This document shows, piece after piece, positions 26,194 through 39,500 of a DNA stretch of 64,000 nucleotides. Origin of the DNA: Octopus sinensis (Eukaryota); NCBI RefSeq assembly GCF_006345805.1, contig NC_043000.1:38936001-39000000 (forward strand). Reading direction: 5' to 3'. Position 1 is the stretch's first letter, and each line of letters opens with the position of its first letter. Position numbers and translations under genes: made by a program. The notes under the pieces are model-generated. The model was not told where the DNA came from, did not search any database, and saw only the letters and a list, made by a program, of their open reading frames with translations.

Positions 26194-26290
<97 letters not shown>
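26125..26290 (+). mobile_element. Family H head + microsatellite, head-to-head with copy B, interrupted by a Dong LINE
   Basis: GCGTAGTAGTTAAG..CGCGGGATACTAAC..AAGATTCCGAGTTC.CTTCCAGGCAGTGACCTG matches the head of copy A. Confidence 0.75.
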
Positions 26291-27760
26291 GCACAAAGGA
26301 TCCGCCGGTATGAGAATCGCCAACGTTTCTTTGAACAAAACAAACAGTTCGTCTCCAACCCCAAAAAGTTCTACCAAAAACTTGGCAAAAATAAAATAGA
26401 CATCACTGCAGCACCAACGGCAGAAGAAGTGGAAGAATTCTGGAAAGAAATGCAGTCGACAAATGAACAACCAAAAAAAGGAGTTTTAAAACAACAAACT
26501 TAGCACCTGAGCAACTCTGGACTCCCATAACAACTGAAGAGGTCACTCAGGCACTGCAAAGACTAAGCAACTGAAAGGCACCTGGGCACGACAAGATCCC
26601 CAAATTCTGGTTGAAATATCTGACAGGAATGCACAAAAAGCTGGCTGAAAATTTTAACGACATACTAGCAGAGCCAGAGACAATGCCTGAATGGCTCACG
26701 AAAGGGAAAACCATCTTAATTCCCAAATCCAATGAAACAGCAAAACCAGAAAACTATAGACCTATAACCTGTCTCCCTGCAATGTACAAAGCCCTTACTG
26801 CAGTAATATCGCAAAGATTGAACAAGCACCTGGACGAAAACAACCTGTTACCAGAAGAGCAGAAAGGATGCTGCAAAGGCTCATATGGCTGTAAAGATCA
26901 ACTAATGATCAATAAAGCCATAACTGAAGAGAACCACAGAAAGAAAAAAGGCCTCAGTATGGCCTGGATCGACTACCGGAAGGCGTTTGATAGCATTCCT
27001 CTCACGTGGATCCTCGAAACATTAGCCATTAACAAGGTAGCACCAACAATTATAACATTCATAGGACACTCTATGAATAAATGGCAAACAGTGCTACAGC
27101 TCCAAACAAAAGAGGGACTCATAAAAACCAAAGCCATCCCCATCAGAAGAGGAATACTCCAGGGAGACACGCTCTCTCCACTCCTTTTCTGCTTGGCACT
27201 GTCACCTCTATCTGATATACTAAATAGAACTGGATGCGGATATAAATGTTACGGCAAAATGATCAGCCACCTTTTATATATGGATGACCTAAAACTGTAC
27301 GCTACAAATGACAAACAGCTGGAAACACTATTAAAGACAGTTTATGGATTCACCAAAGAAATAGATATGAAATTTGGATTAGAAAAATGCGTCAAAGTAA
27401 CCCTGAAAAGAGGGAAACTGGTTAAGAGTAGCAACATCACACTAGATAAAGCCAATGAAACACGAGAATTAGACCAAAGCCAAACTTACAAATATTTAGG
27501 AATCCATGAACTAGATAAGATACAACACACACAAATGAAAGAGAAAATAAAGAAAGAATACTATAGACGAGTGAGATCAATATTAAAAACAGAGCTCAAC
27601 GCTAAAAACAAGATAATTGGTATTAACACTTTAGCCGTCCCAGTTATAAGTTACAGCTACAATATCCTTAACTGGACACTAAATGAACTAACCAAAATAG
27701 ATAGGAAAACAAGAAAAATAATGACAGGATCTAGGATACATAACCCAAAATCGTCAATTG
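26290..27760 (+). mobile_element. R4/Dong-clade LINE fragment with a long open RT segment (ORF 26611..27900)
   Basis: AQRIRRY upstream; NYRPITCLP, EQKGCCKGSYGCKDQL, WIDYRKAFDSIP, GILQGDTLSPLLF, LLYMDDLKLY, YKYLG; starts in (TAA)n; 3'-truncated at about 27760. Confidence 0.95.
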
Positions 27761-29094
27761 ACATTGGGGGGGGGGGACAAACACACACAGACATACGGGC
27801 TTCTTTCAGCTTCCGTCTACCAAATCCTCACACAAGGCTTACCACACAGCCACCCCTGCGCTTACGATCATTAAAATATGTGATGGAGTTCATGTTATAG
27901 ACCTAAATGTAAAAGAGAGAGAATTAACAGGGGAGAATGAAATCACGCTATGTTAAAGACGCTATGTCGCAATGAATGAAAGTTATTTTTCTATCGTTGA
28001 CATCTTTCATATTGAAAGAATCTTGAGAGTACATTTTGATATAAAAAATTTATATTAAATTAGAATTTATAGGATCTTTCTAAACATTGTAAACATTAAT
28101 AAATACTTTCTTCTAATAAAGTGACATGCATATAACGAAATGGTAAGCAGTTTTATTTATTATAGTATAGATTTCCTACATTAACAATATCAACATAAGG
28201 AACAAAGCTTAGAATTCTGAGAGCAAAATTCGGTCACAACATTTCGCTTATCTCCAGCAGCGAAATGCTTTTGAGTTCAAAATATTGGCTAGTGTTCAAT
28301 ACGTTGGTTGACGTTCTGGTTTTTAATAGGAGTTTGGATTTCATTACCTTTCGCTGACAGTTTCCGCCCGGGAGCACGAAGTCATCCTGATTAAACGATA
28401 ACCATAATTAAGGCAAAATCGAATTTCTAATTAAAATGCCGTAACTATCGTGAAATCACTAATAAACATACATTGAGTCACGGATAGTATGAGTATATAT
28501 GTGTGTGAAAGAGAGAACATCTGTGTGAGTGTGTGTTTACGTTGTGTGAATGCATGTGCGATTGTATACTAGTGTAGATGTTCGTATGCGTGCATGTGTG
28601 TGCGTGTGAGTGTGTGTGTGTGTGCATTTGTGTGTGTGTTTGTGTGTCTGCTTTTTTGTCTTGGTATATGTATATGCTTGAGTGTATGCTGTGAGTGTGC
28701 GTATGTTTTTTTGATCATATATCAGTGTATGAGTTCATGAGTGCATATTTATGTATGCAAATATGTGTTAGTGTTGTATATATGTGTGGTTATATAGCTG
28801 TGTGTGCACTCGCTAGTACGTATGAAGTGTAAATGTTGCCGTGTGCGCATGTGTAAATGTGTACATATAAGCTTGTGTGTATGTGTGCATATATGTTATG
28901 TGTGGTTGTATATCTATGTGTGCGCTCGTGAATGCACGCGCGTATGTAAGAAAGTGGCAGACAGGGAAGGATTGAGAGAGATAGAAAGGAAGAGAGAGAG
29001 AGAGAGCTGAGTGTGTAGAAAGCCTGGGACATACAACTTTGGTCAATAATAAAAGTATAAAGTAAAGTTCTATACACATTTACTTCGAGGCTAG

Positions 29095-29410
29095 GATGAC
29101 AGGCACTCCGTGAGTTGCGACGGCGAGGGTTCCAGTTCAACCGATCAACGGAACAGCCTGCTCGTGAAGTTAACAAGCAAGTGGCCGAGCACTCCACACA
29201 CATGCTTACCCTTAAAGTAGTTCTCACGGAGAATCAGCGGGACAGAGAACGTGACAAGGCTGTCCCTTATGAATTACAGGTGCAACTCATTTTTGCCAGC
29301 TGAGTGGACTAGAGCAACGAGAAATAAAGTGTCTTGTTCAAGGACGCGACGTGCCACCAGGATTGGAACTGACGACCTTACGATCCTGAGGTAAATATGC
29401 TAACCACTAA
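29095..29410 (-). mobile_element. SINE family C (CORE-like)
   Basis: Minus: TAGTGGTTAGC...GTTCCAATCC...CCTTGAACAAGACACTTTATTTCTCGTTGCTCTAGTCCACTCAGCTGGCAAAAATGAG; homologous to 462-760. Confidence 0.8.
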
Positions 29411-29479
29411 GACACGTCAGGGTCACTATGATGTTTGGTCAACAGTCGCATGTATTTTATTTATTTATCTATTCTTTTA

Positions 29480-29940
29480 CTCTTTTATTTGTTTCAGTCA
29501 TTTGACTACGGCCACGCTGAAGCACCACCTGTTAGCCGAACGTATCGACCCCAGAACTTATTCTTTGTAAGCCTAGTACTTATTCTATCGGTCCCTTTTG
29601 CCGAAACTCTAATTTACGGGGATGTAAACGCACCAACACCGGTTGTCAAGCGATGGTGGAGGACAAACATAGACATACAGACATACACAGACACGCATAC
29701 ACACGCATAGTCTTTTCCATTTTCTATCTTTTATATTTTATGCGCGGCCATGCTGGAGCTTCCCCCCCCCCCTCCTGATAAAGTGTAGTCGAACAACTCA
29801 ACGCTAGCCTGTATATGTATATTTTATGTTCTCTTAATTACCGTATCGTCCTCTTTTGCCAAATCGCTACGTTACAGAGATGTAACCAAAACAGCAGCAG
29901 TTGTCAGGCGGTGAGAGGAGAAAGGCAGACACACACAGGC
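29480..29940 (-). mobile_element. Two 3' halves of SINE family K
   Basis: AGTACTAGGCTTACAAAG and CAGCGTGGCCGTAGTCAAATGACTGAAAC on minus; second partial copy 29740-29940. Confidence 0.75.
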
Positions 29941-29942
29941 AC

Positions 29943-29991
<49 letters not shown>

Positions 29992-29998
29992 GATCGCC

Positions 29999-30046
<48 letters not shown>

Positions 30047-30052
30047 CAGATC

Positions 30053-30096
<44 letters not shown>

Positions 30097-30211
30097 CAGA
30101 TCGCCATATATATATATATATATATGCAGATCGCCATGTTGATTCGCTAGCTTCTGCACGCATTTTTTTTCTCTCCTTGTTTCTTTCCGTGTTTCTTTTC
30201 TTTTCTGTGTA

Positions 30212-30249
30212 TCTTTCTGTTGAAGAGCGTAAGCTCGAAACGTAAAAGA
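30212..30249 (+). ncRNA. Minimal type I hammerhead ribozyme (predicted; core A6 substituted)
   Basis: TCTTT-CTGTTGA-A-GAGC-GTAA-GCTC-GAAAC-GTA-AAAGA: perfect 5-bp stem I, perfect 4-bp stem II, GUA triplet. Confidence 0.7.
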
Positions 30250-30579
30250 CTTGTTTCATTTATATTCCTGAGCGCCATACTAATACAATTGTTTGTTTAT
30301 ATTCCACCTGCCTTCGTCTTTTGTCTATTTTCATAAAGCTTCCCGTTATATATATATATATATATATACATACAAAGGGGTTTGCATGATTGTGTATAGA
30401 AGAATATATTACTCAAAAGAAATCCAACTCTGTTTTTTATGTTTTATTTATATTCTTATAATATTAATATACGATATAGAATATAGAATATACAGTAAGA
30501 AAGAAATGAAATGAAGTATTGATTGTCTTACTGAACAAATGAAATATTGAAAATTAAATATTAAATGTCAATTCTCATT

Positions 30580-31150
30580 GAACTAATATACTTGCTTGCA
30601 TTTAAGCATTCATCAGTCGACTGTGGTTGACTGGCTGTCTTTTGTCCTTTATATACGTCCTGTGGACAGCAGTAGTAGTTGCTTGGCTATATTTAGAAAT
30701 GATGACAGCAGTACTTTTTAGTGATTTCATTTTTTAGGTGTAGGGATAAGATTTTTAAACCTTAAATATGATTAATTTAATCATTGTTCCTTAAGTTTGG
30801 GTTCAATTTCTCTCAATTTCATTCAGGTTGTAAAGTTTATGAAATGAGAATATCATAAAAGTTTTCCGACCACATGTTGCCAGATGGTTACTCAGTGGTA
30901 TTTGGCGGACTTCTGGGTTTTTAATTTGTTGTCGATGCACCCGCGAGTGTTCTGATAGTGCATTACCTGTCTGGCCAACATACAGTTCTTCGCAATTTGG
31001 GCATTTGATGCAGTAGATTAAATTTCTGCTTTTGCAGTTCATGTTCGCGTTTGTGAATATTTTCCCTGTTTTTCTGTTCATATGTGGGCCGGTATGAATT
31101 AATTGGCATGTACCGCATCGGCTATCATTGCATTTAGACACACTCATTCT
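30580..31150 (-). mobile_element. Penelope-like element 3: GIY-YIG endonuclease end and downstream pLTR-like region
   Basis: ORF 30803..31147 KCNDSRCGTC...NCKSRNLIYCIKCPNCEELYVGQTG..LS...HRQQI; downstream CTGATGA-ATGC-loop-GCA at 30616-30596. Confidence 0.9.
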
Positions 31151-31159
31151 TTCACCCAG

Positions 31160-33000
31160 GCTACCAGTACGATGAAGACTGTCTTGCCCTCCCGGTTAAG
31201 GGAGAGTGGCAGAGCAATTTTCATGATAGACTCGGCCGACGACCGAATGCGTCCCACACATGACAGCAGCCGTTCGGCATAAGCCCACTGGCCCGAAATG
31301 GTTGGACACTGAACGAGTGTGTGCAGAACGGTTTCGTCGCTCTGACCGCATCCGGGTAAGTCGGTCCGGTGTATCTCGAACCGTTCCTGTAGAGCTTATC
31401 CCGAACAGGCAATGCTTTCCCTATAACACTGCCAGGCCAGAGATCTCTGGTGATTGTACATAGGTCCCGACCCGAAAGTTGTCCTAAACAGACGGGTTAG
31501 GTGTTCCTTGTCGGCGCCCAGATTCTGACAGAGAACTACGTCGCACCTCCCTTCCACTAATCCTCTATAGAACGCCTTTGTGGAATTGAAGTTGCACAAG
31601 TTTCGTCCCGGACGGAAGAGTTGCTTGAGAGCAAGGCTGCACTCGCGGTGCCATTCGCCTAGCCTCGGGCTATGTTTGGTCCAGGACTGCAGTTCGACAC
31701 AAGAGATGAGCTGCGGGAAAGCGCGCCTCACAAACAGTAACCACACCTGTTCACCGTCGTCTATAAAGCACCGGAAATGTTGCAGCCTCAGTGCATGTCT
31801 GCGCATCATCAACTACGGCATGCCAAGCCCTCCATTTAGCGAGTTTTTACAGCAAATGAATCGCCTGACCATCGGAACGCTTCCCTTCCACAAAAACACA
31901 GAAGAGTATGCATTCCAGTTTGAAGATGGTAGGGTCGGGTCAAGGCACGACGGTCAGACGGTAATTGCTGACGGATGCAATGTACGCGCTCGCCACCTCC
32001 GCCCGACCTTTTAGGGATAGCTTCCTCTTGGCCCATTGCTGGGTGAGAGTCTCTACCCTTCTCGTCATCTCATCCCAGTTCTTCTCCATTAGGAGGTCCT
32101 GACCAAACCTGACCCCTAGCAATTTAATCGGTCCGTATGTCCTGTGACCCACGATGGTGACGCTGTTGGACAGCATGGGCTTGCTTCTCCAAGTGCGGAG
32201 CCGCCCAATTGGCTTTTCCCGGTTGATTATCGCTCCCGTTACCGCTTCGTATTCTTTTAGTGTCTCGCCGACCAGGTCGATATGCCTGTGGCTCAACATT
32301 TTCACGGTGACATCGTCCACGTATGCAGACACGCTCCTTCCGCATCCCAGTTCTCTTGAGATGCCCCTCAGCGTCGGCAGTAGTGGCTCAAGAGTCAATA
32401 CGTACTGAAGCGACGAGAGGAGATATCCTTGACGAACCGAACGCGTGATGTTAAATGGTTTTGACAGACCACCATTTACGCAGCGATCCAACCGAAGACG
32501 GAACCGAAACTAGCTGCTCTAAGGGCAGCCTCCAAGTAGCGATGATCTACCCTCGAAAGCTTTTGATTGATCCAAATTGATCAGCGCCCCACCTATCCCA
32601 GGATCCTTAACTACCCTGTCTATGATATATCGCATCATATAGAGGCTGTCAGGGATACTCCTACCATGTTTGCGCCTTTTCGACTAGTTTCTCGATGACG
32701 AGCGCCAACCTCTCGGCTAGCACCTTGGCCAAAATCTTCTGATCTGCGTTGAGCAGAGTGATGGGCCCTAAAGTTATCTATTACGTTTCCCTTGTTTGGA
32801 CCTTTCTTTAGCAGAGCCACCGCTCCTCGCTTTACAGAAACGAAGATACTCCCGTTTTGCTACTAGTTGCAGTAGACAGCTGCCAAGACGCCTCCAAATA
32901 AGTCTGGCATATGACAATAAAGTTAGTGGGGCAGACCATCAAAGCCTGGTGACTTGTCTTCCAGGCAGCCTACCATCGCATCCCATACGTCCGCGGCTGT
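31160..33000 (-). mobile_element. Tx1/L1-clade LINE fragment, degenerate RT region
   Basis: LLKKGPNKGNVIDNF, NITRSVRQGYLLSSL.YVLTLEPL, SAYVDDVTV, KLLGVRFG, WAKRKLSLKGRAEV; homologous to 37000-38750. Confidence 0.9.
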
Positions 33001-33339
33001 GATGCTATATCCCCTTCAAATCACTCTCTACATTCTTAAAAGAACAAAAGATATAACAAGCCAGCAATAATTTCAACGAGTTTGTGGAGGAACCTCTACA
33101 TCATCCATCAACTTGCTAGAAATAGTAGCTAAATGTTATATCGCTTTCAAATCACCCTGTACGTTAGCGGTCCTCAAGAGCGCTGCATGTGACCTTCGAC
33201 CCCTAAAATACCGAGAATTTGGATCTGTCCTGGATAATAACACGGTTGAGAAACCCCTGGACTACACTTAAAACAACATCAACACGTGAAAGAATTTCTA
33301 AATCATTCATGAACTTGCTAGAAATAATGTCTTTCAAGA

Positions 33340-33725
33340 CAGCGAGCTGGCAGAAACGTTAGCTCGCCGGGCGAAATGCTTAGCAGTATATCTATTTCTT
33401 TATTGTCCACAAGGGGCTAAACATAGAGGGGACGAACAATGACAGACAAAGGGATTAAGTTGATGACATCGACCCCAGTGCGTAACTGGTACTTAATTTA
33501 TCGACCCCGAAAGGATGAAAGGCAAAGTCGACCTCAGCGGATTTTGAAATCAGAACGTAACGGCAGACGAAATACCGCTAAGTTCAAATTCCGCCGAGGT
33601 CGACTTTGCCTTTCATCCTTTCGGGGTCGATAAATTAAGTATCATTTGCGTACTGGGGTCGCTCTAATCGACTAGTCCCCTCCCCTCAAATTTCGTGCCT
33701 TGGGACTAGAGTAGAAAAGAAATAA
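33340..33725. mobile_element. Family M SINE (+) with an inverted family M copy nested in its head
   Basis: Head to GCTTAGCAGTAT (33389), inverted body/tail A 33393-33580, resumes at GTTCAAATTCCGCC and ends with tail B. Confidence 0.8.
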
Positions 33726-33734
33726 TGTCTTTCA

Positions 33735-34125
33735 TTTCAGTCAATTGACTGCGGCCATGCTAGGGCACCGCCTGGAAAGGATTTTAGTCAAATAAATCGA
33801 CCCCAACCCTCATTTGTTTTAGAAGCCTAGTACATATTCTATCGTTTTTATCTCTTTTTGCCACACTGCTAATTTACGGGGTTTTAAAAACACCAACATC
33901 GTTTGTGAATTAACAGCGGCGGACAAACACAGAGAAATTCACACACATAGATGTATACATATATATCCGACGAGCTTCTTTCAGTTTCCATCAACCAAAT
34001 TCTCTGACAAGGCTTTGGTCAGCCCGAAGATATAGCAGAAGACACTTTCCCAAGGTGATATGCTGTGGAACTGAACCAGGAACCGTGTGGCTGGGAAACA
34101 GGCTTCTTACCACACAACCATGCTT
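33735..34125 (-). mobile_element. SINE family K
   Basis: Tail GCATGGCCGCAGTCAATTGACTGAAATG, body GGAAACTGAAAGAAGCTCGTCG, head GGTTGTGTGGTAAGAAGCC on minus. Confidence 0.8.
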
Positions 34126-34729
34126 GCGCTTATATTGCTAAATTTTATATCTCCCTCAAATCAAACTGTTCACTCCTAAAGGAAAAATCAAGGAAAAAAG
34201 ACAAGGAAAAAATGCATTCGGCAGTCTACAATGTGCAAAAATATCGGGGTGGTCATGTTTGTAATGGCCTTCATGGCAGGATTGATTAATCAGAACTGAT
34301 TCGAGCATCATCATCATCAACATTAACAACGACGGCGACGTGCACCAATTTGTTATTTCCTGCCACCTTCCTAGATAATAAAGAACTGCCATGCAATCCA
34401 GTAACATCATCATCATCATCATCATCATCATCACCACCATCATTATCATCACCAAAATCATCACCAACTTCATCGACAACACCATCAACAGCAGCAGCAG
34501 CAGCACATCCGCCGCTGTTGCCACCATCACCACCGATACTGCCTTACTTCCCCTCCTCCTCCTCCTCATCATCATCATCACCATCACCATAGTCATAATA
34601 ATGAGAGCCAACAGCGACCATCCTTTTACTTCGCTGTATTTAGTTTTTGTTCGTCTGTGTGTGTGTGTGTATATATATATGTATGTATATATATATATAT
34701 ATATGCGTGTATTACTATGTATGCTTGTC

Positions 34730-35530
34730 ATTGAGTGCGCTTATGTGTGTGGGGGGAAGTCAGTATATCAGTGTGTACATTCCTGCTTGCAAGTGGCTCT
34801 TTCTTAAAATTGCAAAATAAAGTATAAACATGCACACAAACACGGACACATACACATGTATATATATAATATATATAATATATATATATATGTATATATG
34901 TATAGAGAGAGAGAGAGAGAGAGAGAGCAATAAATAGATAGATGATATAATATATATGCACACACCCACGCAGGCACATACATTGGTGTATGTGAGTGTG
35001 TGTGTGTGTGTGCGCTCGTATTTGTGTGTGTGTGTGTGTGAGCGAGAGAAAGAGATTAAAGATAGACTGACAGATAGATAGATAGATAAGTAATATAATA
35101 TATATATATATATACACACACATACGCATGCATATATATATACGCACATATATATAAACACATATAAACATATAAATATAATATACGCATATATAAACAT
35201 ATATATATGTGTGTGTATATATGAATGTATGTATATATGCATGTGTGTATGTATGTATTTATGCAGGTATGCATTTTTGTAGGTATGTATGCATGTATGC
35301 AAGTATTATGTACGTATGAATGTATGTATGTATCTATGTATGTATATATATATATATGTATGCATGTATGTATGTATGTATGTATGTATGTATGTATGCA
35401 CGTATGCATGCATGTATGTATTGTCTGTATGTATGTGTGTTTATGTTTGTATGTATGTATGCATGTATCTATTATATTATGTACGTATGTATGTATGTAT
35501 GTATGTATGTGCGTATGTATGTATGTCAAT
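34730..35530. repeat. Long compound (TA)/(TG)/(GA)/(TATG)n microsatellite field
   Basis: Direct reading. Confidence 0.9.
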
Positions 35531-36378
35531 GTGTGTTTATGCGCGTTCGAATAGAAGAGTGGGCCCTGGGAATTGTTCAGTAAAGGGTGCAGATATAATG
35601 AGGAATCGGGTTCAAAGATGCAACTAACTTAAAGGTCGTTGAAAGCCACCCGCTCCCCACCACCACCACCACCACCACCACCACCGCATGCACATCCACC
35701 GCTAATTAGCAACCGATATCACCATAACCTCCACCTCCTCCGTTCTTCTAGGCCCCACCACGACACCATCACTTCTACTTGAACCGCCGCTGCAACCCCC
35801 CAACCGCAAAAGCCACGTGACTGCTATTACCTCTAATTAGAATATAATGTGGTAGCTCGGGTGGGGAAAGGGTACTCGTGTTTTTCGAGTTATGCAGAAT
35901 GGAATTATAATCAGAAAGCAGGTGGCAGAGCAGTGGATGAAGACGAAGGAAGGAATAAATGAAGGACTGAAAAAAATAAACGAAATTAAAGGGAAAAAAA
36001 AGATTGATGGCTAATATAAAAGAAAATCTATTTAAAAAATGAATTAAAGAAAAATATATTAAAAAAAGAAGATAAAGACTAATTAGGGAAAAATAAATAA
36101 ATAAATAAAAACAAACAAAAATTGTATAGAATTTTAAAAATCTGATAGATAGATAAAGAGGGAGAGAGAGAGAGATAGGTAGATAGGTAGATAGATAGAG
36201 AGAGAGAGACAGTCAGACAGACAGATATAAAGATACATACATACAAACATACATAGAAAATAGATAGATAGATTGATAGATTGATAGACAGATAGAGAGA
36301 TAGATAGATGGATGGATAAATAGATAGATAGATAGAAACATACATACATACAAATTTACATAGAAAAATAGATAAATT

Positions 36379-36425
<47 letters not shown>

Positions 36426-36426
36426 T

Positions 36427-36502
<76 letters not shown>

Positions 36503-36504
36503 CC

Positions 36505-39500
36505 TTTCTTTATTAGCCACGCAGGGCTCGACACAGAGGGGACAATACAATATAGAGTTTATCTTTTCGAGGGGAAAAAAAGACAACGATCAAAAGGGGT
36601 CAAAAACCGAAATAGTGCAAAAAACAGAGGTTTATCCGTGGAAAGAAAAACCTACGAAAAGACCACGGTAACCTCGGACAATGGAATACAAAAGTTCAGT
36701 AGATTAAAATACTCTCTTTTTCTATCTCTTTGGTTCATACGACTATGCTCAAGGTGACTCCGTCAGTCATACGTGCCATCCTGGCTACATTCACCCACCT
36801 TTTCGTGAAATACTCACCAGACAAAACTTTCCTCTCTACTCTCACATTCCTTTTCACGTGATACTTGAAAAAGTTGATGAGTGATTGACTAGAGAGGAAA
36901 GTGTTTGTTTCTAGACCTTTCAAATGCGCCCACCATACACATTCTTTCACCATAGCCACTATTACTATGAAAGCAGCTCTTCCTTCACGTTTGAAGGGAG
37001 GAGACGGAACAATACTAACAATAGACTCGGCTGATAAACCAACTCGTCCCACACGCGACAACAGTTGTTCGACACAAGCCAACAGGTCGGAAATGGTTTA
37101 ACACTGCACGAGTGCTTGCAGATCGGTTTCGTCGCACTGACCGGATCTCGGGCAGGTCGGCCCGGTGTTTCTAGAGCCTCATCTCGATCGAGTAGTGCTT
37201 TTCGATAGGTTATCCATAGATCCCGGCCCGAAAGTTGTCCCGAATAGGCAGGTCAGGTATTCCTCGTCGACGCCCAGGTTCTCCCCAAGATCGTCGTTAT
37301 ACCTCCCCTTCCACTAATCCTCTATAGAATGGTTTTGTGGTATTGCAATCGTGCAAGTTCGAGCCGGGACGGCAGAGTTGCTTGGGGGCAACGCGACACT
37401 CGCTGTGCCATTCGCCTTTCCTCAGCCTCTTTTTGATCCAGTTCAGCCACAAACGGCAGTCACACCTATTCACCGTCGTCTATTAAGCGCCGGTGATGTC
37501 GAAGTGTCAGCGCATATCTGCGCATCATAAACCACGGCACGCCCAGCTCTCTTTTTAGCGGGAGTTGGCAGCAAACGGATCGCCTGACCATCGGAACGCT
37601 CCCTTTCCACAAGTAGCGAAAGAGGATGCATTCCAGTTTGGTGATGGTAGAGTCGGGACAAGGCACAACGGTCAGACGGTAGTAGATGACGGATGGGATG
37701 TACTCATTTGCCACCTCCACCCTACATTTTAGGGATAGCTTCCTCTCGGCCCATTACTGGGTTAGAGTGACCACCTTACTCGTTATATTGTTCCAGTTCT
37801 TCTTTATTTGGAGGTCCGGATCGAACCAGACCCATATCAGTTTAACCGGTCCGTCGGTCCAGTGTCCCGCGACAGAGATGCTGTTGGGTGACATGTGTTT
37901 GCCTTTCCAGGTGCCGAGCCGCAAGCCCACTGACTTTTCCCGGTTAATTTTTGCTCCCGTCACCGCATCGTATTCTTTAGTGTCTCGCCTACCAGGTCGA
38001 TATGGCCATGGCTAGACACTATCACGGTGACGTCATCTGCGTTTGAAGACACGCTCGTCGCGCATCCCTATTCTCGCAGGATGCCCCTTAGCGTCGCCAG
38101 CTACCGCAGTAGTGGCTCCAGTTTCAATACGTACAGAAGCGACGAGAAGGGGCATCCTTGACAAACTGAACGTGCAATGTCAAATAGTCTGGATAGATGC
38201 CCATTCACGCGAATTACTGAACAGATGCCGCTGTATAAGGCAGCAATCCATCTGCGGAAAGCAGGACCGAAACCAACCGCTATGAGGACAGCATCCAAGT
38301 ATCGATGGTCTACTTTATCGATAGCTTTTGATTGATCCAAATTGATCAGCGCCACATATGCCAGGATCCTTGACTACCCTGTCTATGATGTAGCGCATGA
38401 GGTGGAGGCTGTCATGGATGTTTCGGCCCGGCACGGCGAATGTTTGCGCCTTGTCAACCAGTTTCTCGATGATAAGCGCCAACCTCCTTGCTAACACCTT
38501 GGCCAAAATGTTCAAATCAACATTAAGCAGAAGGATGAGCCTAAAGTTATCTATTACGTTTCCCTTGTTTGGATCTTTCTTTAGCATTGTTACAGCTCCT
38601 CGACTCACAAAACTGGGGATACTCCCGTTTTGCTGCCAGTTGCAGCAGACTGCTGCCAAGATGCCTCCAAACAATTCTGGCATATAACCATAAAGCTCGT
38701 AGGGCAGACCATTCAAGCCCGGCGATTAATCCCTCGAGCAGTCTGTTATCGCATTCCGCACGTCCGCTACTGTGATGGCACCTTCACAACACTCCGCCTC
38801 TCTTGCCGAGAATCGTGCCAGGCTATGCAGGTAGGCATTGAAGTCCACCCTGCGTTCTGGCTACCAGTTTTTCGAATAGACGAGGAAAGTGCTGTTGAAA
38901 GGCCTTACACATTTTTCTATACTCGAGTAATTCGCACCCATGTTTATCTATCAGAGACCGAATAGTAGCTTTGTTGCCTTATTACACCTTCGCCACCCGG
39001 GCCTCTCGTCCAGCTCCAATACCTTCGTTTCTTAGGGCACTCATCCTAGCTCTGTCAACGTATCTTTCGTGTTTAGCGTTGAAGTGTTTAGTCAAGGGCG
39101 AACCTCGCATCCAACACGTTGGAAGCGATGCCACTTCTTATTTCTTCTTCTTGTTTCTTAACTAGATCTCCCTCTATTTTAATTCCATGTATTGCTAGGG
39201 CTTTACTATACCTAATAGAGTCTGCTTTTATTGATCTTTTGAGGGCAAACCACCATTTGTTGTTGATGATGGCTTCCGTCAAAGCCCTCTTCACTAGTAT
39301 GCTAATCCGGTCTCTGTAAACCTGTTTTGAGGGGAAAGACGCGTTCAGTTTCCAGTAACCGGCACTCTGCCTAAGTGTCTTATCTAAATCTAGAGTGCAA
39401 GTCACAAATTTGTGATCTGTGTAGCTGACTATATTAAATTGTGGATAACCTACACTATTTCTATCTAGTGTCCTACACAGTATTCTATCTAGATACGATC

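Noticed and set aside
29989-30137. CRISPR-like repeat-spacer appearance
   Set aside because: The repeat is only 12 bp, the spacers are (TA)n, the context is eukaryotic and there are no cas genes.
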